From positions 1-45,262 of the IMG/VR virus record IMGVR_UViG_3300037882_001138: 45,262 nucleotides of DNA. One strand, written 5' to 3'. This DNA is from a virus (Duplodnaviria; Caudoviricetes). Made by a program: the position numbers and the translations under genes. The notes beneath the pieces were generated by a model that was not told the origin of the DNA, made no database searches, and was given only the letters and a program-made list of their open reading frames with translations. Position 1 is the stretch's first letter; every line of letters begins with the position of its first letter. Below, piece after piece: positions 1 through 7,627 of this stretch.

Positions 1-99
1 CAGGTTGGCACCGCCCAGGTTGGCACCGCCCAGGTTGGCATCGCCCAGGTTGGCTTTCGCAACAGTCGCCTTCTCAAGCATCTGGCGCGTTGTCATGCC
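1..99. repeat. 99-nt direct terminal repeat (identical to 45164-45262); circular-assembly overlap
   Basis: Exact identity of the first and last 99 nt. It falls inside a gene and 99 is a common assembler k-mer, so it indicates a circular or permuted complete genome rather than a biological DTR. Confidence 0.92.
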
Positions 100-156
100 A
101 GATTCGCCCGCAAACAAGACTGCGCCTGTGTATCGGTTTTTAATTTGTGGGTTCAT
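1..156 (-). CDS. 5' part of pentapeptide-repeat protein (continues across the junction to 44882; 145 aa in total)
   Basis: ATG at 156 gives MNPQIKNRYTGAVLFAGESG, in frame with MTTRQML... and the ANLGG repeats; ATGA overlap with the upstream gene. Confidence 0.85.
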   Translation of the reverse strand, partial: MNPQIKNRYTGAVLFAGESGMTTRQMLEKATVAKANLGDANLGGANLGGANL

Positions 157-326
157 AGCCACCCCCGCAAGACAAACACCAGCACGGCCACGGCAGTGAG
201 CACGCTGCCGACAACGACTACAACGTCCTGCCAGTCCATCGGCTTGGAAGGTTCGACTATTTGCCCGTAGTGGGCATAAGGCCCGAAAGCCTCATTCAAT
301 GTGCGGGGGTACTTTCGTGTTTGCAT
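153..326 (-). CDS. 57-aa protein with C-terminal transmembrane helix (not in ORF track)
   Basis: Hand translation MQTRKYPRTLNEAFGPYAHYGQIVEPSKPMDWQDVVVVVGSVLTAVAVLVFVLRGWL; tightly packed between its neighbours. Confidence 0.75.
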   Translation of the reverse strand: MQTRKYPRTLNEAFGPYAHYGQIVEPSKPMDWQDVVVVVGSVLTAVAVLVFVLRGWL

Positions 327-328
327 GG

Positions 329-475
329 TCAGCCTTTCGTGCTCTTGAAAATTGTCACCTGCCCGCCAGCGTGACGAATTTTGTTTGCGAGCTTTACGGC
401 TTCCGCCCAGATGACCGTGGACAGCAGCAGTTTGCTGTTGGTGTCCGAAACTACAAGGTACTCAGTGTGGTTCAT
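329..475 (-). CDS. 48-aa hypothetical early protein
   Basis: ATG at 475 preceded by AAGAGGAAA RBS, just downstream of the extended -10 promoter at 502-510. Confidence 0.7.
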   Translation of the reverse strand: MNHTEYLVVSDTNSKLLLSTVIWAEAVKLANKIRHAGGQVTIFKSTKG

Positions 476-501
476 TTTCCTCTTTCGGTTGTTGATGAGA
501 A

Positions 502-519
502 ATTGTAGCACATGCTAAA
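502..519 (-). promoter_or_regulatory. Leftward extended -10 promoter overlapped by TAGCACATGCTA operator
   Basis: Minus strand reads TTTAGCATGTGCTACAAT (TG-n-TACAAT); nearly identical to the element at 5891-5908. Confidence 0.7.
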
Positions 520-543
520 CGCGTATTCTTACTAGGGGAAACC

Positions 544-699
544 CTACTCTTTTCGTAACGCCACACGAAACCATGGTTCTTCGGCGCACCCGAGCTCAAC
601 GGCGATGCGGTGGTTCACGACACGCAGCCACTCACGCACTTGCGTCCGTTGTCTGCGTTTGTGTTGGTAGAACCGTGCTCTTTTTGATTGCCGCTGCAT
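544..699 (-). CDS. 51-aa basic hypothetical protein (not in ORF track)
   Basis: MQRQSKRARFYQHKRRQRTQVREWLRVVNHRIAVELGCAEEPWFRVALRKE; AAGGA RBS; starts 2 nt after the polymerase stop. Confidence 0.55.
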   Translation of the reverse strand: MQRQSKRARFYQHKRRQRTQVREWLRVVNHRIAVELGCAEEPWFRVALRKE

Positions 700-701
700 G
701 G

Positions 702-2783
702 TCAGTCCTTTCTATAGCGATAAGTTTCAAAGCCAGCGGCAGCCAGAGGTATGCCCTGCGCCCATGGCGGTGGGTCGGCCATCAAGTCCGACAGTATTTC
801 GTGCGAATAGCTGCGGGTGTCGGGTGTCTCGGTCAGCAGTTCGTCGTGCACCGAGAGCACGATCTCGTAGCCCATGCCATCGATCTGCTTCATGTTGTAG
901 GCCAGGATGTCGCGGGCAAATGCCTGCGTGCAGTTCTCGATCAGCTTGCCGCCGTAGGTTTTGATCGCGCCCCATTGTCTCGTGTATTGCGAAACTCCGA
1001 AGTACGTGATCTGCCCGTCGTCCTCCACCTTGGGGTTGATGTAGCAGAGATACCGACCACTGGGCAGGCGGATGCGCAGCCACGCCCCATCGCGGCGGGC
1101 CTTAAGGTGTTCACCGATGGCGAAGCTCTCGCCGGGGTTGGCAATTGCCGCGCGCACGGAATCACCAGCAGCCTTCCACAGCGCCGTAGTGTTGGGGTGC
1201 GCGTCGCGCCAGGCACGCTTCAGAATCTCGCAGGCCACGTAGATGTTCTCGGGCAGGCCCAGCGTGCGCTTCTTGCTCTTAGCCCACTTCCACATGCCCA
1301 GTGCGTTCTGCATAGCCTCCCCGCTGGCCGTGGCGTACACGGCCTTGGCCAGCTCCTCCAAGTCCATGCGGTACACCGCGGCGAAGGTCAAGAACGCCGC
1401 GACGCCGCCCTCGTAACCCAGCCCCAGCTCCATGACCTTGCCGATCTGGCGCTTCTGACCGACGGCGTCCCTGGGGTCGATGTTGAACGAGCGACCGTAG
1501 GCCACCTTGTACAAGTCCTCGCCCGTGCCTGCGTCGAAGTCCGCGAAGGCTTTTAGTTTCCAGCGCTCACCCGCCAAGAACGCCAACCCCCGGCCCTCGA
1601 TGTTGGACAAGTCGGAGATGACCAGCTTCTTGCCGGGCGGCGCCACGATGCAACCGCGCACGGTGTTGGCCGTGAGGCGCATGACGTTAGGGAAAAACAG
1701 GTCGGCGCAGTTAGCCTTCAGCGCGTCGATACCTTCGTCAATCTCGGCCTGATTCATGTCAGGGCGAGGCATGTTCTGGGGCTGGAAGATGCGACCAGCC
1801 CAGCGTGCCGTGCGTTGTGCGCCTGCAAACTGCAAGGTGTTACGTAGCCTGCCGTCGGCGCTGGTGGCGTTGACCAAAGCCTTGTACTTTGCGGTGGAGG
1901 TCTTGGTCGCTTCCAAGCGGATGGACAGCAGCAGCTTCACGCCTTCGGGCAGCTCTGGGTCTTCCAGCCTGCGGCGCAGGGTGTCTGCCTTTAGGTCCGG
2001 CAGCGACACGCCGTACTCGGCACAGATGTAGGCGAGCAGGTTGTCGCGCTGGCTGGCGTTGGTGACCAGTCCGTCGGTCTCGTCGGTTACTTGGGCTTTG
2101 AGTCGCTTTTGTTCGATAGCCACGGCACGTATCGCGCTCTTGGCCAGCTCGACATCAACCGCAACCCCCCGGTCGTTAATACGCTGATCGAGGTGCCACA
2201 GGCCAAGCTCTGGGTGACCGCTTCGGTAGTTCCAGGTGGGCAGGCGCTTGCCGATGGCGCGCATTGCGACGATATCTTGTCGTGAGTATTCAAGGAACTC
2301 GGCCCATTCTTTGGGGTGTGTTTCACGGGTGGCCCTTCGCAGTGTTGAATTCTTTGGTCTAGGTTTGCAAAAAAGCTGGATCAGCTCGCGCCCGCGCTTG
2401 TCCTTGGCCAGGTCAGCCTCAAGCCCGACGATCTGGCCGATCTTATCCAGTCCACCAGGCAGGCCCTGCGCCATCGCCTGGATCATCGTGTCTTGCCAGC
2501 GCTCCACAGGCACGTCGATGTCCCAGCAGTGACGCAGCAGGGTGCGGTCGAACATGGAGTTGTGGGCGATGACGGTGACGCGAGGGTCTTGCAGGAAGCC
2601 CATGAGCACGGTGAGCGTGCCGTCGTTGGGGGATGTGCAATCTACGACCACCGGCTCGCCGTCATCGATAGCCCACTGCGCGACCGTGATCTCAGTGCTG
2701 GGGTGCTCGGCGTAGCGGTGGGTCCCGTGTGCTTTGAGATCGCACTCGCTGAAGGTTTCGCAGTCAAACCAGAGCGTGCTCAT
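702..2783 (-). CDS. polA: DNA polymerase family A with 3'-5' exonuclease
   Basis: ExoI FDCETF; motif A SDLSNIEGR; motif B RQIGKVMELGLGY; motif C VHDE. Confidence 0.96.
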   Translation of the reverse strand: MSTLWFDCETFSECDLKAHGTHRYAEHPSTEITVAQWAIDDGEPVVVDCTSPNDGTLTVLMGFLQDPRVTVIAHNSMFDRTLLRHCWDIDVPVERWQDTMIQAMAQGLPGGLDKIGQIVGLEADLAKDKRGRELIQLFCKPRPKNSTLRRATRETHPKEWAEFLEYSRQDIVAMRAIGKRLPTWNYRSGHPELGLWHLDQRINDRGVAVDVELAKSAIRAVAIEQKRLKAQVTDETDGLVTNASQRDNLLAYICAEYGVSLPDLKADTLRRRLEDPELPEGVKLLLSIRLEATKTSTAKYKALVNATSADGRLRNTLQFAGAQRTARWAGRIFQPQNMPRPDMNQAEIDEGIDALKANCADLFFPNVMRLTANTVRGCIVAPPGKKLVISDLSNIEGRGLAFLAGERWKLKAFADFDAGTGEDLYKVAYGRSFNIDPRDAVGQKRQIGKVMELGLGYEGGVAAFLTFAAVYRMDLEELAKAVYATASGEAMQNALGMWKWAKSKKRTLGLPENIYVACEILKRAWRDAHPNTTALWKAAGDSVRAAIANPGESFAIGEHLKARRDGAWLRIRLPSGRYLCYINPKVEDDGQITYFGVSQYTRQWGAIKTYGGKLIENCTQAFARDILAYNMKQIDGMGYEIVLSVHDELLTETPDTRSYSHEILSDLMADPPPWAQGIPLAAAGFETYRYRKD

Positions 2784-2968
2784 GTTTGCTGCCTGAAGTC
2801 TTTACCCTCGACCACGGTGCCGGGCTTGAGAGGGACAACCAGCAGTGGCTTATCTCGGAACCCGGTTACCACCACAACATCAGGTTGGGCCTTGGCATGT
2901 TTGAAAGCGTAGTCGAGCAGGGCCTCCTGTAGCTCTGCCAGTGTTAGGGTTACTTCGGTCGTCTTCAT
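2780..2968 (-). CDS. 62-aa hypothetical protein
   Basis: ATGA overlap with the polymerase start; GAAAG upstream of the ATG. Confidence 0.7.
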   Translation of the reverse strand: MKTTEVTLTLAELQEALLDYAFKHAKAQPDVVVVTGFRDKPLLVVPLKPGTVVEGKDFRQQT

Positions 2969-3093
2969 GTTCTACTTTCAAAAAATTAATCACCCGTTCC
3001 AAAGATTAACCGCTGTCGTTTTAAGGCTGCGCGGCCCTGCTCAGGTTGGCCCCCGATGAGCATCAAGCGGGCGGGAACCTCCCCCAATCTCTA

Positions 3094-3332
3094 GCTGTTT
3101 ACCTCGTGGGTGAGCCGAAGCTCGGAAAAGCAGCCCCCGCTGTTTGGTGAAGGTGGGCGGGAGTTGAACCCGCTACGCGCATCACTGACACGCTCTCCCG
3201 GTGATATACACACCTTCACCAAACAGCCCTGTCTCCAGGGTCTTGCTGTTTGGTGAGGTAGGTGCGTGGGCTAGACGCAACTTCCAAGGTATCCCGTTTA
3301 CCCACCTCACCAAACAGCCCTCCGTAGAGGGC
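3094..3332 (-). ncRNA. Tandem array of long-stem structured RNAs (probable RNase III-processed sRNAs), one with a tRNA-like T-arm
   Basis: Perfect IRs 3139-3155/3211-3227 (17 bp) and 3245-3259/3304-3318 (15 bp) share GCTGTTTGGTGA; T-arm GCGGG-TTCAACT-CCCGC at 3173-3157. Confidence 0.6.
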
Positions 3333-3340
3333 CGGATGGG

Positions 3341-3919
3341 TTACGCGAAGTCGTCGGCGCCTGCGCCCTCGGTGACTTCCTCGAACTCGTCGGCGTCGGC
3401 TGGGCGGCCTGCACTGAACGAGTCGCCGTCGGCGAAGAACTGAATGCCGCGGAGCTGGGCGTTTACGCGCTGGCCGTAGGAGTTGTCCTGCGCCCACAGC
3501 TCAATGCTGGCGTTCACCATGCAGCCAGCATAGGGGCGGCCAGAGCGTGCAGACAACGGGCTGCGGTCACGGTCGATGACGGTGGGGGCTGCGTTCTCTT
3601 GCGCCGCTGCGTTGATAAAGAAGTTACCAGGGAAGCCGTCGTACTTGCTCTTGGTGTCACCGTCGTGCAGCGCCAGCTTGTCCTGCTTGTCCAAGCCCTT
3701 GACGGTAGCAGCGGCCTTCGCGCCCCACTTGCCGGTAGCGATAGCCAACTGCGCGGCCTTGATCTCTTCGAGCTGCGGGTGGTCGGCAGGGATCAGCAGC
3801 GTAGCGCTGTAGCGGGGCTTGCCTTCGCCTGCCACGGTGGTGGGCTCAAAGAGGTTAGGGAAAGCGAGGCGCACGTTCTTGAGCAGGATGCGACCGACTG
3901 GGTTTTGAGTAGTAGCCAT
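3341..3919 (-). CDS. DUF2815-family ssDNA-binding protein (T7 gp2.5-like)
   Basis: VRLAFPNLFEP, PYAGCMVNASI, GQRVNAQLRGIQF and an acidic tail; start reassigned to MATTQN (AAGGA RBS). Confidence 0.88.
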   Translation of the reverse strand: MATTQNPVGRILLKNVRLAFPNLFEPTTVAGEGKPRYSATLLIPADHPQLEEIKAAQLAIATGKWGAKAAATVKGLDKQDKLALHDGDTKSKYDGFPGNFFINAAAQENAAPTVIDRDRSPLSARSGRPYAGCMVNASIELWAQDNSYGQRVNAQLRGIQFFADGDSFSAGRPADADEFEEVTEGAGADDFA

Positions 3920-3933
3920 GGTTGAAAAGTCCT

Positions 3934-4152
3934 TTAGTTGTTGGAAAAAGTGTTGTTGGAGATCGTTACGTTTTCGACAGCGCACCCTTTATTTAGGGCG
4001 CGCAATGCTTCGGCCTTCAGCCAGCCGTCTACGTGGGACAGTTTGAGGATGTCAGTGATCGCGTGCTGCACCGCTTTCACAGACTCCGGCGAGGCGCCGA
4101 TGTTCAGCAGCGATGAGGGTTGCTTTTTGGTTGCCATGTATTTGCCTTTCAT
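3934..4152 (-). CDS. 72-aa hypothetical protein
   Basis: Fills the gap between SSB and nuclease genes with an ATGA overlap. Confidence 0.65.
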   Translation of the reverse strand: MKGKYMATKKQPSSLLNIGASPESVKAVQHAITDILKLSHVDGWLKAEALRALNKGCAVENVTISNNTFSNN

Positions 4153-5474
4153 GCGAGAGAATCGACAGTCACGTCGGAGAAGTCATCTACAACCGGCGTG
4201 ACTGTCAGTGCCGGACGAGAATCAGATACAGGGGCCACATGCTTTTTGGCAGGTGCCCTGGTGATAAGCGCTTCAACCTTGGGCCATTGGCGTGGTCCAA
4301 TGACTGGGGGCGGTGCGCCTTCTTTTTGCGGCTTGATCCGGCCTTCTTTGTCGAAGACTGGTCCGAGCTTGGCAATCTGGGTCGGGCTCTTGACGCTGAA
4401 GTCGTAGAGCTGGTCTTCCTTCAGGCGCATCGACTTGAGCAAAGCCTCGGCAGCCTTCTCGTCAGACCACGCACGATTGCCTTGCTTGCCCTGCACCAGC
4501 TTGTAACCGGGGACGTTGTCACCGGCCAGCAGGCGGCGCTCGACCTCGGCACGCACGGCCTTGCACCAGTCCTCGATCAAGTCGGCTTTGGATAGGCAGG
4601 CGGCGAGCCATGCAGCATCGCCGGCAGCGGTTGACGGCACTAGGTCGTCTTCAATGGCCGCAAACTCATCCGGCGTAGCGGGCACCGAATCGAACGCTGT
4701 GGCTGCAACTTCAGCCCGCAGCGCCGGGCATGTAGCCTTAGCGCGGCAGAACTTGCACTGCTTCTCACCGGGGCGCAGGTAGGTCTCTTGCCACAGCACC
4801 GCGCCGTTGATCCCGCTGTAGTCGCTGGCGTTCTTGCACGAGTTCACCGCCGACCGCGCAGCGCCACGGCCCCACGCCTCCAGCTCCTCGACCGTGAGGT
4901 CGAACTCACTGGGTGCGGTCTTGATGCGGGGCTGGCTGATAGCCAGGCGCACCTTGGTGAAGTCTAGGCCCAGTTCTTGGTAGGCCTGCCGTGCGCCCAG
5001 TCCGTACAGGGACATTTGCGGGTTGCGCTCGGCGCTGACCTCGACGCCCATGCCGTACTTAAAGTCCACGACTATGAGCTCGTCACCACGGGCGATGATT
5101 ACGTCCGCGGTGCCCCATGCGTCGGCCTCGGGGGTGTCGAGATAGCTGGCGTAGTTGACACGGATGTCAGCGAAGACCACGCCGTCGTCACCCTTGAGGT
5201 CGTTCACGTAGTCGAGGGTGACCTGGACGTGGCGGGCCATGTCCTCGTCAACCTCGAAGGTGAAGCCGTCAGCCTCAATTTTCTGAAACAGAAAATCTCG
5301 GGCAGGTAGGCCCTGTTGCAGCGCCCAGGTCAGGACTTGGTGCGCAGCGGTGCCCTCGGCAGCGTACTTGCTGGAGGTGTTCGGCAGGCCTTGCTGGAGC
5401 ACATGGCTGCCAGGACACAGCATGCGCTGCTCAAAGCCCGAAGCGCTCCATTTGGAGTGGGCCGCTTCGGCCAT
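4149..5474 (-). CDS. DUF2800-family PD-(D/E)XK (Cas4-like) exonuclease
   Basis: HSKWSAS..CPGS, AAEGTAAH, WGTAD, VVDFKYG, NPQMSLY, CKFCRAKATCP; typical DUF2800-DUF2815-polA module. Confidence 0.88.
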   Translation of the reverse strand: MAEAAHSKWSASGFEQRMLCPGSHVLQQGLPNTSSKYAAEGTAAHQVLTWALQQGLPARDFLFQKIEADGFTFEVDEDMARHVQVTLDYVNDLKGDDGVVFADIRVNYASYLDTPEADAWGTADVIIARGDELIVVDFKYGMGVEVSAERNPQMSLYGLGARQAYQELGLDFTKVRLAISQPRIKTAPSEFDLTVEELEAWGRGAARSAVNSCKNASDYSGINGAVLWQETYLRPGEKQCKFCRAKATCPALRAEVAATAFDSVPATPDEFAAIEDDLVPSTAAGDAAWLAACLSKADLIEDWCKAVRAEVERRLLAGDNVPGYKLVQGKQGNRAWSDEKAAEALLKSMRLKEDQLYDFSVKSPTQIAKLGPVFDKEGRIKPQKEGAPPPVIGPRQWPKVEALITRAPAKKHVAPVSDSRPALTVTPVVDDFSDVTVDSLA

Positions 5475-5848
5475 TACGCAGCCTCCAACTCGGCCAGCTT
5501 GGCGTTCACCGCAGCGAGCGCTTCACCCCACTTGTCTTCGGCTAGTTCCTTGAACGTCTTGACGCCCAGGCTTGCGGCCACAGTGCCAGCGGCTTCACGG
5601 CTCTTGCCTGCCAGTGCGAACACCGCTTTTTGCAGGGTAGGGTAATCGACTGAGTCGGAGGGCTTCTCCGAAGAGGTGGCCGGCGCAGAGGCTACAGCCG
5701 GTGGTGTAGCTTCCGTGGCCGCAGGCTTTGCTGCCTTCACTGGCTTCGGGGCTTCCACCTTTTCAACAGGTGCAGGGGTCGTGCCGGTATCGGCAAAATA
5801 GGCCAGCATCGCGGCCTTGTCGGGGAATGAGAGGGTTACTTGGATCAC
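5474..5848 (-). CDS. 124-aa protein with Pro/Ala-rich linker and C-terminal helical domain (typical partner of DUF2800)
   Basis: GTG start with AAGGA RBS; first gene after the leftward promoter. Confidence 0.8.
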   Translation of the reverse strand: MIQVTLSFPDKAAMLAYFADTGTTPAPVEKVEAPKPVKAAKPAATEATPPAVASAPATSSEKPSDSVDYPTLQKAVFALAGKSREAAGTVAASLGVKTFKELAEDKWGEALAAVNAKLAELEAA

Positions 5849-5890
5849 GGGGTTTCCTTTTTGATTAGGGGTTTACGAATACGCCAATGC

Positions 5891-5920
5891 AGTGTAGCAC
5901 ATGCTAAAGCGCTAAAGCAA
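5891..5920 (-). promoter_or_regulatory. Major leftward early promoter with operator TAGCACATGCTA (5895-5906)
   Basis: Minus strand TTGCTT-N18-TACACT with TGn extension. Confidence 0.7.
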
Positions 5921-5952
5921 AAAATACCCGGCTATTTAGTCGGGTATTTTTG
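5919..5952. terminator. Bidirectional intrinsic terminator ending the repressor transcript
   Basis: AAAAAATACCCGGCT-ATTT-AGTCGGGTATTTTT hairpin with A/T tracts on both sides. Confidence 0.8.
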
Positions 5953-5965
5953 GTTTCCCTTGGGT

Positions 5966-6130
5966 CTAGTGAACGTAGAGCATTGCTACTACAGCGCCTA
6001 CACAGGTCACAGCCACAAGGATCAGGATAACCCGCAGGCTGCGCCTGATGTCTGCGATCGGGTCATCCCACAGGCCGCCGTGCTCTGTCAGGTATTTGAT
6101 GCGCTGGTTTAATTGTTCGTCGTCGTCCAT
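5966..6130 (-). CDS. 54-aa membrane protein co-transcribed with the repressor (not in ORF track)
   Basis: MDDDEQLNQRIKYLTEHGGLWDDPIADIRRSLRVILILVAVTCVGAVVAMLYVH; starts 3 nt after the repressor stop, GAGGGG RBS. Confidence 0.7.
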   Translation of the reverse strand: MDDDEQLNQRIKYLTEHGGLWDDPIADIRRSLRVILILVAVTCVGAVVAMLYVH

Positions 6131-6133
6131 CGC

Positions 6134-6547
6134 TTACCCCCTCAACAAGCGGACGAGCTTTGCAATGTAGGGCTCGTCGATCCTACCCACCAAGCGGTAG
6201 TGGTCGTAGACCAGACCCACCAAGGTGCCAAATACATCCGGCTTTAGCTTGAGCTTAACCTCGCGCACGGCTGTCGTGGTAGCGCGCACGCATTCAGCTA
6301 AAGCCTCATCGTCTATTCGGGTATTCCCTGAGTGCTCGCTGTCCATCCAACCCAGGGCAAGCCCTAGGGTGGCCTCAATCTCGCGGGCGACCTTTTCAGA
6401 GATTTCCCTAGACGGGTTAGGCCCAGCCAATTGAGCAAGATAGGAGCCGTTGCTGTGGCCGAGCTTCTTGGCCAATGAGGTCGGCCCACCCCACACCTTC
6501 ATGAGCTCGCGCAGGTTCCCCCGTCGCGCTTCGTAGACAGACAACAT
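6134..6547 (-). CDS. CI-like HTH repressor
   Basis: RRGNLRELM..GGPTSLAKKLGHSNGSYLAQL..ISEKVAREIEATLGLALGWMD, an XRE-type repressor N-domain; divergent from the cro-like gene; no S24 peptidase domain. Start reassigned to ATG 6547. Confidence 0.8.
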   Translation of the reverse strand: MLSVYEARRGNLRELMKVWGGPTSLAKKLGHSNGSYLAQLAGPNPSREISEKVAREIEATLGLALGWMDSEHSGNTRIDDEALAECVRATTTAVREVKLKLKPDVFGTLVGLVYDHYRLVGRIDEPYIAKLVRLLRG

Positions 6548-6612
6548 CCGCCGAAAATACCAGAAATTACTTAATTGCTGCAAGTTCTTTACGGCATGCT
6601 AAAATATAGGGC
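6548..6612. promoter_or_regulatory. Divergent switch region (PRM-like and PR-like promoters)
   Basis: Leftward TTGCAG(6583)-N18-TATTTT(6559-6554); rightward TGC-TAAAAT (6600-6605) overlapping the operator-like TTTACGGCATGCTAAA. Confidence 0.6.
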
Positions 6613-7053
6613 ATGACCTTAGACGTGCACTTTTCCTCCGCGACCGACGACTGGGCGACCCCTGACGACTACTTTCAGGAGGTCGTAGACGCTTTTGGCC
6701 CGTTTGATATTGACGTTTGCGCGGACTGCGACAACGCAAAGGCTCCTGTGTATTTCACGAAGGACCAGGACGGTTTAGCGCAGCAGTGGGAGGGCAGGTG
6801 CTGGATGAACCCACCCTATGGGCGGGAGATCGGTGCGTGGATGCAAAAGGCTTACGAGAGTGCCCTAAACGGTGCGTTTGTGGCGTGCCTGGTTCCAGCG
6901 CGCACCGACACCGCTTGGTGGCACAACTTCGCCATGAGGGGTGAGATCACATTTATCCGGGGTCGCCTGAAGTTTGGCAAAGCCAAGAACAGCGCACCGT
7001 TTCCAAGTGCTTTGGTTATTTTCCGCCCCCAAGATTTTTCCGACTTAGCTTAA
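6613..7053 (+). CDS. Phage DNA N6-adenine methyltransferase (Dam/T1-like)
   Basis: DDWATP, FDIDVCA, WMNPPYG, LVPARTDT.WW, FIRGRLKF, APFPS. Confidence 0.92.
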   Translation: MTLDVHFSSATDDWATPDDYFQEVVDAFGPFDIDVCADCDNAKAPVYFTKDQDGLAQQWEGRCWMNPPYGREIGAWMQKAYESALNGAFVACLVPARTDTAWWHNFAMRGEITFIRGRLKFGKAKNSAPFPSALVIFRPQDFSDLA

Positions 7054-7057
7054 CAAT

Positions 7058-7390
7058 ATGAAAACGATCACTGTCATGCGCTCCTGGATGTCCGCCGCCA
7101 CCCCCAACGAGCAGGAGCTGCTGGCGGCCAAGGTCGGCACCACCCGCGGCATGCTTTACCAGCTCTCCGGCGGCCACCGCCAGACCAGTGCCTCTATGGC
7201 GGGCAAGATCGAGGCCGCTACCGCCGAGATGCACAAGCACAGCAAGGGCAGGCTGCCCAAGGTCTACCGCACTGATCTGTGCGAAGCATGCCGTGAGTGC
7301 CAGTACGCCGCCAAGTGCCTAGGGGCTAGGGCTGTGGTGTCTGACTTTCCGATAGTAAGCAACAACCAAATGGAGCAGCAAGATGCGTAA
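7058..7390 (+). CDS. Cro-like HTH regulator with C-terminal Cys cluster
   Basis: EQELLAAKVGTTRGMLYQLSGGHR..SASMAGKIEAAT helix-turn-helix; CEACRECQYAAKC. Confidence 0.72.
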   Translation: MKTITVMRSWMSAATPNEQELLAAKVGTTRGMLYQLSGGHRQTSASMAGKIEAATAEMHKHSKGRLPKVYRTDLCEACRECQYAAKCLGARAVVSDFPIVSNNQMEQQDA

Positions 7391-7535
7391 ACCAGCAAAG
7401 CTGAAGTCAAAATTCCCACACCTGCTATGGCATTACACCAACGGGGACGAAAATCTGTTCTTGCTTGGGCGCGATGAGCTGGCTGTATTTGCGCTGCTAG
7501 TTGCTGAGGCAGAGCGTAAAGGCTTGCCGGTATGA
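7383..7535 (+). CDS. 50-aa hypothetical protein (not in ORF track)
   Basis: MRKPAKLKSKFPHLLWHYTNGDENLFLLGRDELAVFALLVAEAERKGLPV; GGAG RBS; overlaps both neighbours. Confidence 0.6.
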   Translation: MRKPAKLKSKFPHLLWHYTNGDENLFLLGRDELAVFALLVAEAERKGLPV

Positions 7536-7627
7536 ACTACACCATGGCCTTCATACTTGTTTGGCTGGGCTTCATGCTCGGGTTCTTTGTGGCTGCGCTA
7601 ATGGCAGCCGGGCGCGACGACGAATGA
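7532..7627 (+). CDS. 31-aa single-TM protein (not in ORF track)
   Basis: MNYTMAFILVWLGFMLGFFVAALMAAGRDDE; ATGA coupling at both ends. Confidence 0.65.
   Translation: MNYTMAFILVWLGFMLGFFVAALMAAGRDDE

Noticed and set aside
1-99. Biological direct terminal repeat
   Set aside because: It lies mid-gene and its length matches a common assembly k-mer; best read as a circularisation overlap.
573-1556. 327-aa plus-strand ORF and other long antisense ORFs (e.g. 32827-34233, 29169-30260, 26129-27094)
   Set aside because: Shadow frames of high-GC genes on the opposite strand; no RBS or recognisable motifs.
3139-3318. CRISPR mini-array or a true tRNA gene
   Set aside because: Repeats are inverted pairs rather than direct repeats with spacers, and no D-arm or standard cloverleaf can be drawn.
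4149-5474. Cas4 as evidence of CRISPR-Cas
   Set aside because: It is the DUF2800 nuclease of the common DUF2800-DUF2815-polA replication module; no other cas genes are present.
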